DNA of 64,000 bases from the human T2T-CHM13v2.0 reference genome, Homo sapiens: assembly GCF_009914755.1 (NCBI RefSeq), contig NC_060931.1; one strand, 5' to 3'. Shown here piece after piece: positions 1 to 50,249 of the stretch. Made by a program: the position numbers and the translations under genes. Each line of letters begins with the position of its first letter. The stretch's first letter is position 1. The notes beneath the pieces are model-generated. The model was not told where the DNA came from. It did not search any database and was given only the letters and a program-made list of their open reading frames with translations.

Positions 1-143
1 GTTTCTGGTCAGTCGATTCTGTTTCACTGATCTGTCTTTTCTTACATCAGCACACAGGTTTAGTGATTGTAACTTTATCACATTTCAATGCCTAAGACTA
101 TTTTCATCTCAAACGTATTACTCCTTCCTCAAAAACTTTTTTA

Positions 144-1834
<1,691 letters not shown>

Positions 1835-2455
1835 CTACTAAAATGATAGCAAAGGGAATTTTTTAAGAAAGAAATCCTCAAGAACAAGAAATATATGAAC
1901 TGGATGTACAAAAGCAAAATTTGACAAGCTGGAAACAGACTAATGGAATTGGTTTAGGAGCCCAGATGAGCTAAACCCTAAGCCAGTGTTGGGAAACCCA
2001 GATGAATGGCAATTTATACCACAAAACTCTGTAAAGTTTCAGTAATGCTGGCCCCGAGTACCCCTGAAAGTAGGAGTGAAGATGGGTCTGAAAACTAGAG
2101 GACATTGAAAATCTACGTCAGAAGCAGGGAAACCTCCATTCCCCATTCCCCTACCCTAGCCCAAAGACGAGAGGTTTGCTTTCCAGAATAGATGAACCAG
2201 AGGGCCTCTGGGGGAGCACCCCAGGGATAACTGGCAAGGCGACTGGGGTCTGGTCCTCATACCGAATCCCCCAGCACCGGGGACTATATCTTGGCCTCAT
2301 CTGTGTTTGGGAAGCCTAAGGCTAGAGTCCCTATATGATTAAATGAAACAAACTTCTCCCATGAAACGCAAAGAACAAAACAAACAGGAAAAACAGAAAG
2401 AGGAACCTGGAAGAAACCAAAACAGTTCAGGGAGAATAAAACTTTAAAATACTCA

Positions 2456-3550
<1,095 letters not shown>

Positions 3551-3632
3551 AACCCACCACCACCACCAAAACAACCAAAAATGCACCCAAGGATGAAATT
3601 TACTTTTGAGTGTGGGAATAAATATGTAAATG

Positions 3633-5072
3633 TGAGAGGTGACAGCGTGCTGTCAGCCCTCGCTCGCTCTAGGCGCCTCCTCGGCCTCTGTGCCCACTCT
3701 GGCCGCACTTGAAGAGCCCTTCATCCCGCCGCTGCACAGTGGGAGCCCCTTCCTGGGATGGCCGAGGCCAGAGCCGGCTCCCTCAGCTTGCAGGCAGGTG
3801 TGGAGGGAGAGGCGCGGGCGGGAACCGGGGCTGCGCGCGGCGCTTGCGGGCCAGCTAGAGTTCTGGGTGGGCGTGGGCTTGGCGGGCCCCGCACTCGGAG
3901 TGGCCGGCCGGCCCCGGGCAGTGAGGGACTTAGCACCTGGGCCAGCAGCTGCGGAGGGTGCGCCTGGTGCCCCAGCAGTGCCAGCCCACCGGCGCTGTGC
4001 TCGATTTCTCGCCAGGCCTTAGCTGCCTCCCGGCAGGGCAGGGCTCGGGACCTGCAGCCCGCCATGCCTCAGTCCCCACCCCCACCCCCACCCCACCCCC
4101 GTAGGCTCCAGCGCGGCCCAAGCCTCCACGAGGAGCGCCGCCCCCTGCTCCACGGCGCCCGGTCCCATCGACCGCCCAAGGGCCGAGGAGTGCGGGAGCA
4201 AGGCGCAGAACTGGCAGGCAGCTCTACCTGCTGCCTGGTTGGGGATCCAATGGGTGAAGCCAGCTGGGCTCCTGAGTCTAGTGGGGACTTGGAGAAACCT
4301 TTATGTCTAGCTAAGAGATTGTAAATACACCAATCAGCACTCTGTATCTACGTCAAGGTTTGTGAATGCACCAATCAGTACCCTGTGTCTAGCTCAGGGT
4401 TTGCATATGCACCAATTGGCACTCTGTATCTAGCTAATCTAGTGAGGACTTGGAGGACCTTTATGTCTAGCTAAGGGATTGTAAGTACACCAATCACCAC
4501 TCTGTATCTAGCTCAAGGTTTGTGAATGCACCAATCAGCGCTCTGTGTCTAGCTAATTTAGTGGGGACTTGGAGAACTTTTGTGTCTAGCTCAGGGATTG
4601 TAAATGCAACAATCAGCACCCTGTCAAAACGGACCAATCAGCTCTCTGTAAAACAGACCAATCGGCTCTCTGTAAAATAGACCAATCAGCAGGATGTGGG
4701 TGGTGCCAGGTAAGGGAATAAAAGCAGGCTGCCCCCCTGAGCAGTATCAACTGGCTCTGGTTCTCTTCTACGGTGTGGAAAGTTTCTTTTTTTTGCTTTT
4801 GCTTTTTGCACTAAGTCTTGCTGCTGCTTGCTCTTTGGGTCCACACTGACCTTTATGAGCTGTAACACTCACCGTGAAGGTTTGTAGCTTCACTCTGGAA
4901 GCCAGCGAGACCACGAACCCATAAAAAGGAAGAAACTCTGAACACATCCAAACATCAGAAGGAACAAACTCCGGACACGCCGCCTTTAAGAATTGTTAAC
5001 ACTCAAACTGCAAGCGTCCGTGGCTTCATTCTTGAAGTCAGTGAGACTGAGCACTCACCAATTCTGGACACA
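3633..5072 (+). mobile_element. Solo LTR12 (ERV9 LTR, LTR12C/E-like), 1440 bp
   Basis: Starts TGAGAGGTGACAGCGTGCTG, ends GGACACA, 4-bp TSD AATG on both sides; CpG-rich 5' part; tandem CCAAT-bearing units 4300-4690. Confidence 0.92.
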
Positions 5073-5707
5073 AATGGATCAATTCTGTTTGTGTCAGGTG
5101 ATGGTGAAAAGAGAAAAGAGTAGAACTGGAGTGAGTGGGACAGAGATTGCTAAGGGTGGCCCTGTATTCACATTGAACAGGGAAGGCTGCTGTGAGATGA
5201 AGCAGAGCCTGGTGTAGGGTAACTGGGGAGACCTTAGAGTGAGGCACACTTGGGGAAACCAGTCAGGGACGGGGAGGTACCCTGGGACCAGCAGCAGGCC
5301 TCTGAAAAGCAAGAGACGGGAGCCCAGAGAAGACAGAAATGTGTAGAGAGGAACTGTGGCCTCTGGAGTCAGAAGTTGTTACAGGGCACCCGAGCCCACA
5401 GATGGGGTCCTCCAAGGCCAGCTCCAAAGGCACAACGCAGGGATAGAAGAACTGGGAGCAGACCTGGAGAAGCCCCAGGAAGATCCAAGCTAGACACTGA
5501 TTGGTAGAACGTAATGGGGAGGTTGGGAGAAGAATGTTCCAGTCACATGGGACAAGTGTGGCTGAAGACAGGGAAGAGGCAGAGGGTGGAAGGAGGCGGG
5601 GAAGATCCTGTGTGGCTTTGAAAGCCAAGGAAACAACTCACTTTTGCTCTGAGTGCCATGGGAGCGAAGGAGCGTTTCCTGCAGGAGTGCTGAGATCTGA
5701 CTCACAC

Positions 5708-10857
<5,150 letters not shown>

Positions 10858-10859
10858 CA

Positions 10860-11510
<651 letters not shown>

Positions 11511-11654
11511 CTTTTTTTGATCCTGTGATTTAGTTATCCCTATTTGTGAGTGAGGAGATGAGGTTCTGAGGTCACCCTGCTGATAACTGGTATAGAATCG
11601 GATTTAAACTGAGTTGCCTGTTAAGCTGAATTTGAGGAGGAAGAAATAAAATTA

Positions 11655-11768
11655 AAGGAAGGAAGAAATGGAAGGAAGGAAGAAAGGAAGGAAGGAAAGA
11701 AGGAAGGAGGGAGGGAGGGAGAGAGGAAGGAAAGGAAAGGAAAGGAAAGGAAAAGAAGGAAAGGAAAA
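11655..11768. repeat. (GGAA)n/(GGGA)n/(GGAAA)n purine microsatellite
   Basis: Direct reading. Confidence 0.9.
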
Positions 11769-11964
11769 ATAATATAAAATGAACTGAGTCGTCTGCATTG
11801 AAAGCTGTTAACATTTCACCCTGTTCCCCGCTCCCTGTGTGGGCTTCAGAGAGGAGCTCCCTCACCACTAATGTCCCCCAACCTAGAAAGCAGCACACCA
11901 CGCCTTTCACCCAGACACCCTGTGCCCCCAGGGGAGGGTCTGCTCATTCCTCATCTCTCCCCAG

Positions 11965-21984
<10,020 letters not shown>

Positions 21985-22151
21985 CCAATGGACAGCCCTC
22001 TCAAGACTGAATGGTGAGGCCAGGTACAGTGGCGCACACCTGTAATCCCAGCTACTCTGAAGCCTGAGGCAGAATCAAGTGAGCCCAGGAGTTCAGGGCC
22101 AGCTTTGATAATGGAGCGAGATGCCATCTCTAGTTAAAAATATATATTAAC

Positions 22152-22157
22152 AATAAA
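22152..22157 (+). terminator. PILRA: PILRA poly(A) signal
   Basis: AATAAA about 170 nt after the stop, just past an Alu monomer in the 3' UTR. Confidence 0.8.
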
Positions 22158-22963
22158 GTAACAAATTTAAAAAGATTGTCTTCAAAACTATTTTTAAAAT
22201 CTGCATCCATTCAAGTACAGAGAGAAACAAGTAAAAATAAGACTGCACAATGACCTTCTTACGAGTACGCTACGCTTCCAATAGAAAGGGCCACAGCTTC
22301 CAGCAATAACCAAGGCCACACAGATGACTCAGAGGCCAGCCAGAGAACTGACAGAAAGAGAGCCATCTACTCCAACTCCCTCTTCACCTTCCCAACCCTG
22401 GCCCATAAAACTAAAAGTACCCCCAAAACTTACCTGAATGTAAGGAGAAAACTGACATCACCTTCAACTCCTGTCTCTCCCACTGAAAATGAATTCTAAC
22501 AGAGAACTCACACCCAAGACCCTTCCTCTAGTACTTTTTTTAGTGACTTCCTTGGGCCAGGGAACATAAGCCCCCAAACCTTGGTAGCCAGCCCAAACCC
22601 AAAGCCTGTCCTCAAATCCGATCACAGTCTTCCCTATGGTGACAATGAGAGCATCACATTTGACATCATTCACAACCCTATAAGGTAGAGAACGCACTCG
22701 CTGTAAGATGAAGAGCAGAACCAGGATGGTGAACATGCTTTTCCCCAGGCCATGGAGGTAGCTAGTGAGGAGCCGAGCCCGGATTTGAACCCAGATCTGC
22801 CCTTCTTGAAGTCCTCTAGGACTCAGGTCTCACTGCCTTCCCCAGATGCCTGCACTGTGCAGGCTCCCGCTAGAAGCAGTGACGCGCCACAGTGACACGG
22901 AGGAGGGAGAGCAGCCAACAGGGGGCAGTTAGAGACCAGCCAACCCAGTCGACTGTAACCTGC

Positions 22964-22969
22964 TTTATT
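22964..22969 (-). terminator. ZCWPW1: ZCWPW1 poly(A) signal
   Basis: tttatt on + (AATAAA on -), about 120 nt after the stop. Confidence 0.8.
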
Positions 22970-23090
22970 AACACAGAAACTGCACCACACACATTTGAAC
23001 CTCATAGCCAATGAACAGACCCAGCACTTAGCAACTTCTCCCTCCTGCGCCCCAGAGAAGGGAGAAAAAGAGGGAGCAGAGGAGCACCAG

Positions 23091-42727
<19,637 letters not shown>

Positions 42728-43703
42728 TCAGCTTAGAAACTACGCTTTGTGTGCCTCTGTTAGAAAAAAGAAATTAACTGCTATGACTCTGATTAAACAA
42801 GATTTTAAACTTTCTGTCTACTTGGGTTCAGAAACTCTTTGTTTCAGACCTCTGAACTAGGTTTCTGCATTCTTGACCTCCTCTGTGGTGCCAATTACAC
42901 ACCAGGGAATAATGAGTTACTGTTTTAAAGATTGGCAACAATCAGTGCTGGGTGTGGTGGCTCACACCTGTAATCCTGGCACTTTGGGAGGCCATGGCAG
43001 GCAGATCACTTCAGCCCAGGAGTTCAAGACCAGCCTGGGCAACACGGCAAAACCTCATTTCTACAAAAAATAAAACAAATTAGCCAGTGTGGTGGCATGC
43101 GCCTGTAGTCCCAGCTACTCTGGAGGCTGAGGTGAGAGGATCACTTGAGCCCAGGAGGCGGAGGCTGCAGTGAGCCAAAATTGTGCCCCAGCACCCCAGC
43201 CTAGGTGACAGAGTGAGACCCTGACTCAAAAATTTAAATAACAAATAAATATTAGCAGCAATCCTTAGTGTTTTATGTGCCTAGAACCATGTCCAGCCTA
43301 GAACCATGTCCAACCTAAGGCAGGCAGCAGAAATGGTAGTAGTACCAGAAGCATAGGTGGTAGTAGAGCAGTGATGGTAGGGTATGAACAATCCTGGCAG
43401 TTAAGAGTTTTCTTCAGAGGGATAGCCTCATTTCATAAGCCTCTCCTAAACACTTAGAACACACATATAATTTGGTAATTCTCTGACCTCAGAGGTCTCT
43501 GTGCATAGAGAAGCCCCACTTTTAACATCATTATAATGTTTATTTTCCCTTTCTTAGATCCTCAGTCCAATCAATTTTCAAATGTACTAGATTCTACCAA
43601 TCTCTAGTCATAGCTCAGAAGTATTTGATAACCAGTAGAGGTTCCCAGAAAATTTAGTATCTTTTTCCTTATTCTACCTTAGCACCTAATAATGAGAAAT
43701 TAA

Positions 43704-44121
<418 letters not shown>

Positions 44122-44639
44122 TAACACTTATTGAGCACTGACTATATTCTTTACCCTTTATGTAGCATTCCATTTAATTCTCACAACAGATCTATGAGAT
44201 TGGTAACATTTTACACTTGGGGGAAATTCAGGTTTACAGGGATTTAAAGATATTAAGTCATCGATAAGTAGTAAAATCAGGATTAGAACCTGTCTGATTT
44301 CAAAGTTTGTGCTAATAACTGCTACACGACATCCTAACAGTCTAATTCAGTGCTTCACCACCATTTTGCTATCACAGCACACACAGAAAACATACATTAA
44401 TAGCGTATACTGAAACACATAGAAAATGACATTTCCAGGTACTCTGGGGGTAAAAGGACCAGGCTGCTCACAGCCATAGGCAACTGAAGAGTCACACCAA
44501 AGGCTGAAGAAGAAATTAGTATCTACACAGCTACAAGCTATTCGTGACCCACCAGTGTGCCAAGACTCATCTGCGAACATTCCAGTATTTTTATTTTCCA
44601 ATTTATACTTTCCCACTACTGATATTATTTCCATACAGC

Positions 44640-45020
44640 TTTATTTTTATTTTTTCTTTCCAACCTTTATTTTACATTCAAGGGGTACATGTGCAGGTTT
44701 GTTACATGGGTAAATTGCATGTCATGGGATTTAGTGTACAGATAATTTTGTTTCACAGGTAGTGAGTATAGTACCCAATAGGTAGTTTTTCAGTCCTCAT
44801 CCTCCTCCCACTCTCCACCCTCAAGTAGGCCCCAGTGTCTATTGTTCCCTTCTTTGTGTCCATGTGTATGCAATGTTGAGCTCCCACTTTATAAGTGAGA
44901 ATATACAGTATTTGGTTTTCTGTTCCTGCGTTAATTCACTTAGGATAACGGCCTCCAGCTCTATCCATGTTGCTGCAAAGGACATGATCTTGTTCTTTTA
45001 TATGGCTGCATAGTATTCTG
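44640..45020 (-). mobile_element. L1PA/PB-type 3' end, 5'-truncated
   Basis: T-tail then ggtacatgtgcaggtttgttacatggg...gctgcaaaggacatgat. Confidence 0.8.
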
Positions 45021-45985
45021 TGTCCACCCAGCTTTCTGAAGAAAAGTTTTATTTTATTAACCTTAACTTCTTGCAGCCCTTCACCCAGTTTTCTTTAGGC
45101 TTAGGGGATATATGCCATTCTTACTTTTATAACCATTATAAAAAGCATTATAGCTCTGGGAAGACCTTTAGGGATAATAAAGCCCCAACTCCCCTTTCTA
45201 CAGATAAAAAAAATATGCTAACAGAGGTTAAGTGGTTTGCCTAAAGACTCAGTGTTAATATATTGTTGAGCTTAGATGAACCCAGGACTTTTGCCTCTCA
45301 ATTCTACTAATAACATATCTATTCTACTCAGTGATCTTGTTTCTGGCTGTTGGCTTTGAGCAGTTTGAAAACCCTGCAACTGAAACTCTTTGTTCTAAAT
45401 CTGTGATCCCCCACTATAAAGAGATCCAAAAGCGACGTAAAATGGATCATTTGGTTCATATACACTTCCCTTTAAAGGATCAGAAAATTTTAAGACCTTA
45501 AATGGCCAAACTCGTTCAAGGTGTAGGGTTCCTCTCTCTAGACCATAAGATAAACTTAAAGGGTACTGAGGTTTTGACAGCGTGGCCACAGCATGGCTAA
45601 ATGTGAATACCCTTCAGCATTTTTCTCTTCCTTTTCTCACTTCTATAAATGTGAATAATTCAGATGTGCTGTTCTAAAGCAACGACGTTTCCTTTATATT
45701 AAGGGGCACATTTTCTTGCTGTTTCCATTTTAACTCATCATCACCAATCCCAAAACATATTTGCTCCAGAAAAAAAGGCAAGTTGGAATTTTGGGGAGAA
45801 ACACTCAAGCAAATTAATCTCCTTTATTATAATTCTAAATAGAAGGTAATGAATGGATAAAATTGGCCAGGCATGGTGGCTCACACCTGTAATCCCAGCA
45901 CTTTGGGAGGCTGAAGCGAGTGGATCACCTGAGGTCAGGAGTTCGAGACCAGCCTGTTCAACGTGGCGAAACCCCTTCTCTACTA

Positions 45986-46231
<246 letters not shown>

Positions 46232-46560
46232 CTAGACTTTAAAATTCCAAAAAAGATCACAAGAAGTCTCTGTCTAAATTACAACGGCTATGCTAAGTGA
46301 GAAAAGCAGAGTGAAAATTAGTGTGTTTCAGATGACAACATTTAGTTTTTAAAAACATATGTCTGGTATAATAGGCTTGTTAATCATAAATTTTCTCTGG
46401 AAGAGAAAAAAAATGGATCAAAATGCCTCTGGGGAGTAGAACTGGGTAGATGAGAGTGAAAGGAAGCTTTTGGTGGACTCCCTCGTTTATCTTTGGCATT
46501 TTAAAACCTATAAATGTTGCCACTTCAAAAAATATTTTAAATTATTATTATTTTTTTTGA

Positions 46561-46752
<192 letters not shown>

Positions 46753-47107
46753 TAGTCTCAATCTCCTGACCTCATGATCCACCTGCCTCAGCCTCCCAAA
46801 GTGCTGGGATTACAGGCATGACGCACCGTGCCCGGCCGAAATTCTTTAAGTAAAATTAAAAGAGAGTATTTCGACCAACCTAAAAATGCAAACATTTCCA
46901 GTATTTAGGTTCAAATCCTTATCTAAACCTGTAAAGATCTTCCTAGGCCAAAGTATATTTCTGGAGCCCCAACCAACTAGATAGAATTGTGGTTCACTGT
47001 TGTTGAGTTAATAAGATGTAATAAATCTATAAACAGTGATGTATAGTATCACATAATATGTATAATCTGTGCATGTGATAACACTGCTTTCAAACAAAAG
47101 CTCTAAC

Positions 47108-47214
47108 CTGATCAGTAAAGAAGGGAAGGCCAGGAAGTCACTTTCTGATAACTCAGGTTGCCCCTCCTCTGTTTCAGGTGAATTAACTTCTTTCACAATA
47201 ACAAATACTGAAAG
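47108..47214 (-). other. ZCWPW1: ZCWPW1 non-coding exon 2 (5' UTR, 107 nt)
   Basis: Strong (CT)n tract then ccag|CTTTCAG...GATCAG|gttaga. Confidence 0.7.
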
Positions 47215-47629
47215 CTGGTTCAGAGAGAGAGAGAAAAAAATATAGACAGTTAATAAAAATATAAAATACCACTAACTTTCTTCTGTACAGCTACTAAATG
47301 ACTAGGGGCTGTAGACCCAGGAATAAAATTTGAGGTTTTAATTTCTCTTTTCTTACCTTAGATGAAGAGGGGCAGGGTGTGGGGTTGCGGGGAAGGCTTT
47401 AATAAGAGGGGCAAAGGCTTTAAATAAGAATGTAAAAGAACCAGTACAGTTCCAGAAACCATATTCTCATCACTCAACATATGAAATGAGGGTAAATAAG
47501 GAGGGAAAAAGAACTTAGAAATAATAAAGGGAACCAAGGGAAGGTGAATGAGGATCTCAAAAAAGAGTTTTATTTCACTTAGAACATTAAAAACCATCAC
47601 ATAAATTTTGAGATGAAATCACCTAACTC

Positions 47630-48057
47630 AGCAGTTCTAAGTGTAGTCCCAAAATCCTAGGGGGCCCTCTCCCTTTTCCAACTACCTATCTGTATTAAGC
47701 TGGATTTTCTCATGTACTTTTACAAAAACAAGATATCCCAACAGACTGAATGCAGAAACAGACGAGAACCCAGTTGTTTTCTATTAAGCCAGACATGAAA
47801 GAGATTTGCAAAAATGTAAACCACCACCATTCTTCATGCTAAATTTTCTTTTGTTTAGGAGAATGTATTTTTCATAAAAACCTGTTTAGGTTAACATATT
47901 TATTATTGTTATTTCTAATCAAACTTTAAATGTTTCTGAATTTTAATTTCTAAAATGTTAGTATCAACAGATACAAACCAAATAAAAGCTCTTTGGAGTC
48001 CTCCATAAATTTTAAGGGTATAAAAGGGTTCTCAAACCAAAAAGTTTGAGAACTGAC
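47630..48057 (+). mobile_element. hAT-Charlie family fragment
   Basis: cagcagttct... and ...aagtttgagaactg termini; attaagccagacat...gagatttgcaaaaatgtaaa. Confidence 0.6.
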
Positions 48058-48424
48058 CTAGTGAAATAACTTGTCAGTATTGCCAATACTTTTTTAAATA
48101 AACAGTAATTCTCTCTCCCCACACACCATTCAGAATGTGTTCCCAAATTTCCTCTTCCTAACCATCCAATCATTCCCTTCCTTATATTGTTCCTCAAATC
48201 CTTGGTCTAAGAGAAGTAAACCCTTTAGCATTGTCCTCTAACCCAGACTCCCTGAGCCTCAAAAAAGCGGTATTTAAAGAGTATATTTCAGCCGGGCGCA
48301 GTGGCTCACGCCTGTAATTCCAGCACTTTGGGAGGCCAAGGCAGGTGGATCACCTAAGGTCAGGAGTTCAAGACCAGCCTGACCAACATGGTGAAGCCCC
48401 ATCTCTACTAAAATACAAAAATTA

Positions 48425-48568
<144 letters not shown>

Positions 48569-48694
48569 TCAAAAAAAAAAAAAAAAAAAAGTATATTTCA
48601 AATCTTTTTTAAGCCAGAGTCTGATCTTCCTTTTTGCATTAATAACAGTATGTGGACTCCTGCTTATTTTCATGCCTCAATTAACTAATAGCAG

Positions 48695-49350
48695 TTTCCT
48701 CCCTCCCTCTCACTTTTTCTCCCTCCCTCTCTCCCTCCTTTACTCCTTCCTCCCTCTTCCCTCCCTCTCTTCCTTCTTCCCTCCTTCTGTCTCCCTTTGT
48801 CCCTCCATCCCTTCCTCCCCCTCCTTCTCTCCCTCCCCCTCCTTCCTTGCCCTCCTCCCTTTCTCTCTCCCTCTTCCCTCCCTCCTCCCCCTCTCCTTTC
48901 TCCCCCTCCTCCTTCCCTTTCCTCCCCCTCTCCTTCCTACCCCCCTCCCCCTCCTCCCTTCCCTGCTTCCCCTCCTTCTTCCTTCCTCTCCCTCCCTCCC
49001 TTCTCCCTCCCCCTCCTCCCTCCCCTTTCCTCCCCCTCCTCCCTTCCCCCTTTCCTCCCTCCCTCTCTTCTCCTTCCCTCCCTCCCGTTTCCTCCCCCTC
49101 CTCCCTCCCTCCCCTTTCCTCCCTCCCTCTCTTATCCTTCCCTCCCTCTCTCTTCTCCTTCCCTCCCTCTCTCTCTTCTCCTTCCCTCCCTCCCCTTTCC
49201 TCCCCCTCCTCCCTCCCTCCTCCCTTTCCTCCCTCCCTCTCTCTCTTCTCCTTCCCTCCCTCCTTCCTTCCTCCCCCTTCCCTCCCTCCTTCCTTCCTCC
49301 CCCTTCCCTCCCTCCTTCCTTCCTCCCCCTTCCCTCCCTTGCTTTCTTCC
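48695..49350. repeat. About 650-bp near-pure C/T low-complexity tract
   Basis: (CCCT/CCTT/CTC)n with very few purines and internal block duplications. Confidence 0.95.
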
Positions 49351-49479
49351 TTCGTGTTTGTGCACAAGCTCAGCAAGCCCGATTTAAAACTTTTAACAAG
49401 AAAGAAGAGGCGGGTGGATCACCTTAAGTCAGGAGTTCGGGACCAGCCTGGCCAATACGGTGAAACCCCGTCTCTACTA

Positions 49480-49895
<416 letters not shown>

Positions 49896-50249
49896 TTATT
49901 CTCTCTCAGGGATAGCGGTTCAAGTCGGTGTCCCTGAGCCACACGTCCCCCTCTCTCTTCCCCGTCCCCTCCCTTCCTTCCTCCCACCATGAGGGAATCT
50001 CCCCTCCACCCCCACTCCTGCCGAGGCCCCGTGATCCTTATTCTCACTCATATCGTTGGTGCCCGCCAGGAGACTGGGCTATTTTTTTTTTGTCTGTTTC
50101 TTGGGGGCGACAGATTCTGAGGAAAAAGGGCGAAGGGCTGGTTGTCGCCCTGAGAAAGTTTCTCCTCAGGCAACGGGTGCCAGGACTGGCAGCGCCTAGC
50201 ACCTTCACCTACAACCAGAAACTAGCTGGCTACCTTCAGGAGCAAGGAG

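Noticed and set aside
3639-4324. ORFs up to 188 aa
   Set aside because: GC-rich 5' part of LTR12; no gag, pol or env signature
4300-4690. Regularly spaced repeats resembling a CRISPR array
   Set aside because: LTR12 tandem CCAAT enhancer units with no unique spacers; human DNA
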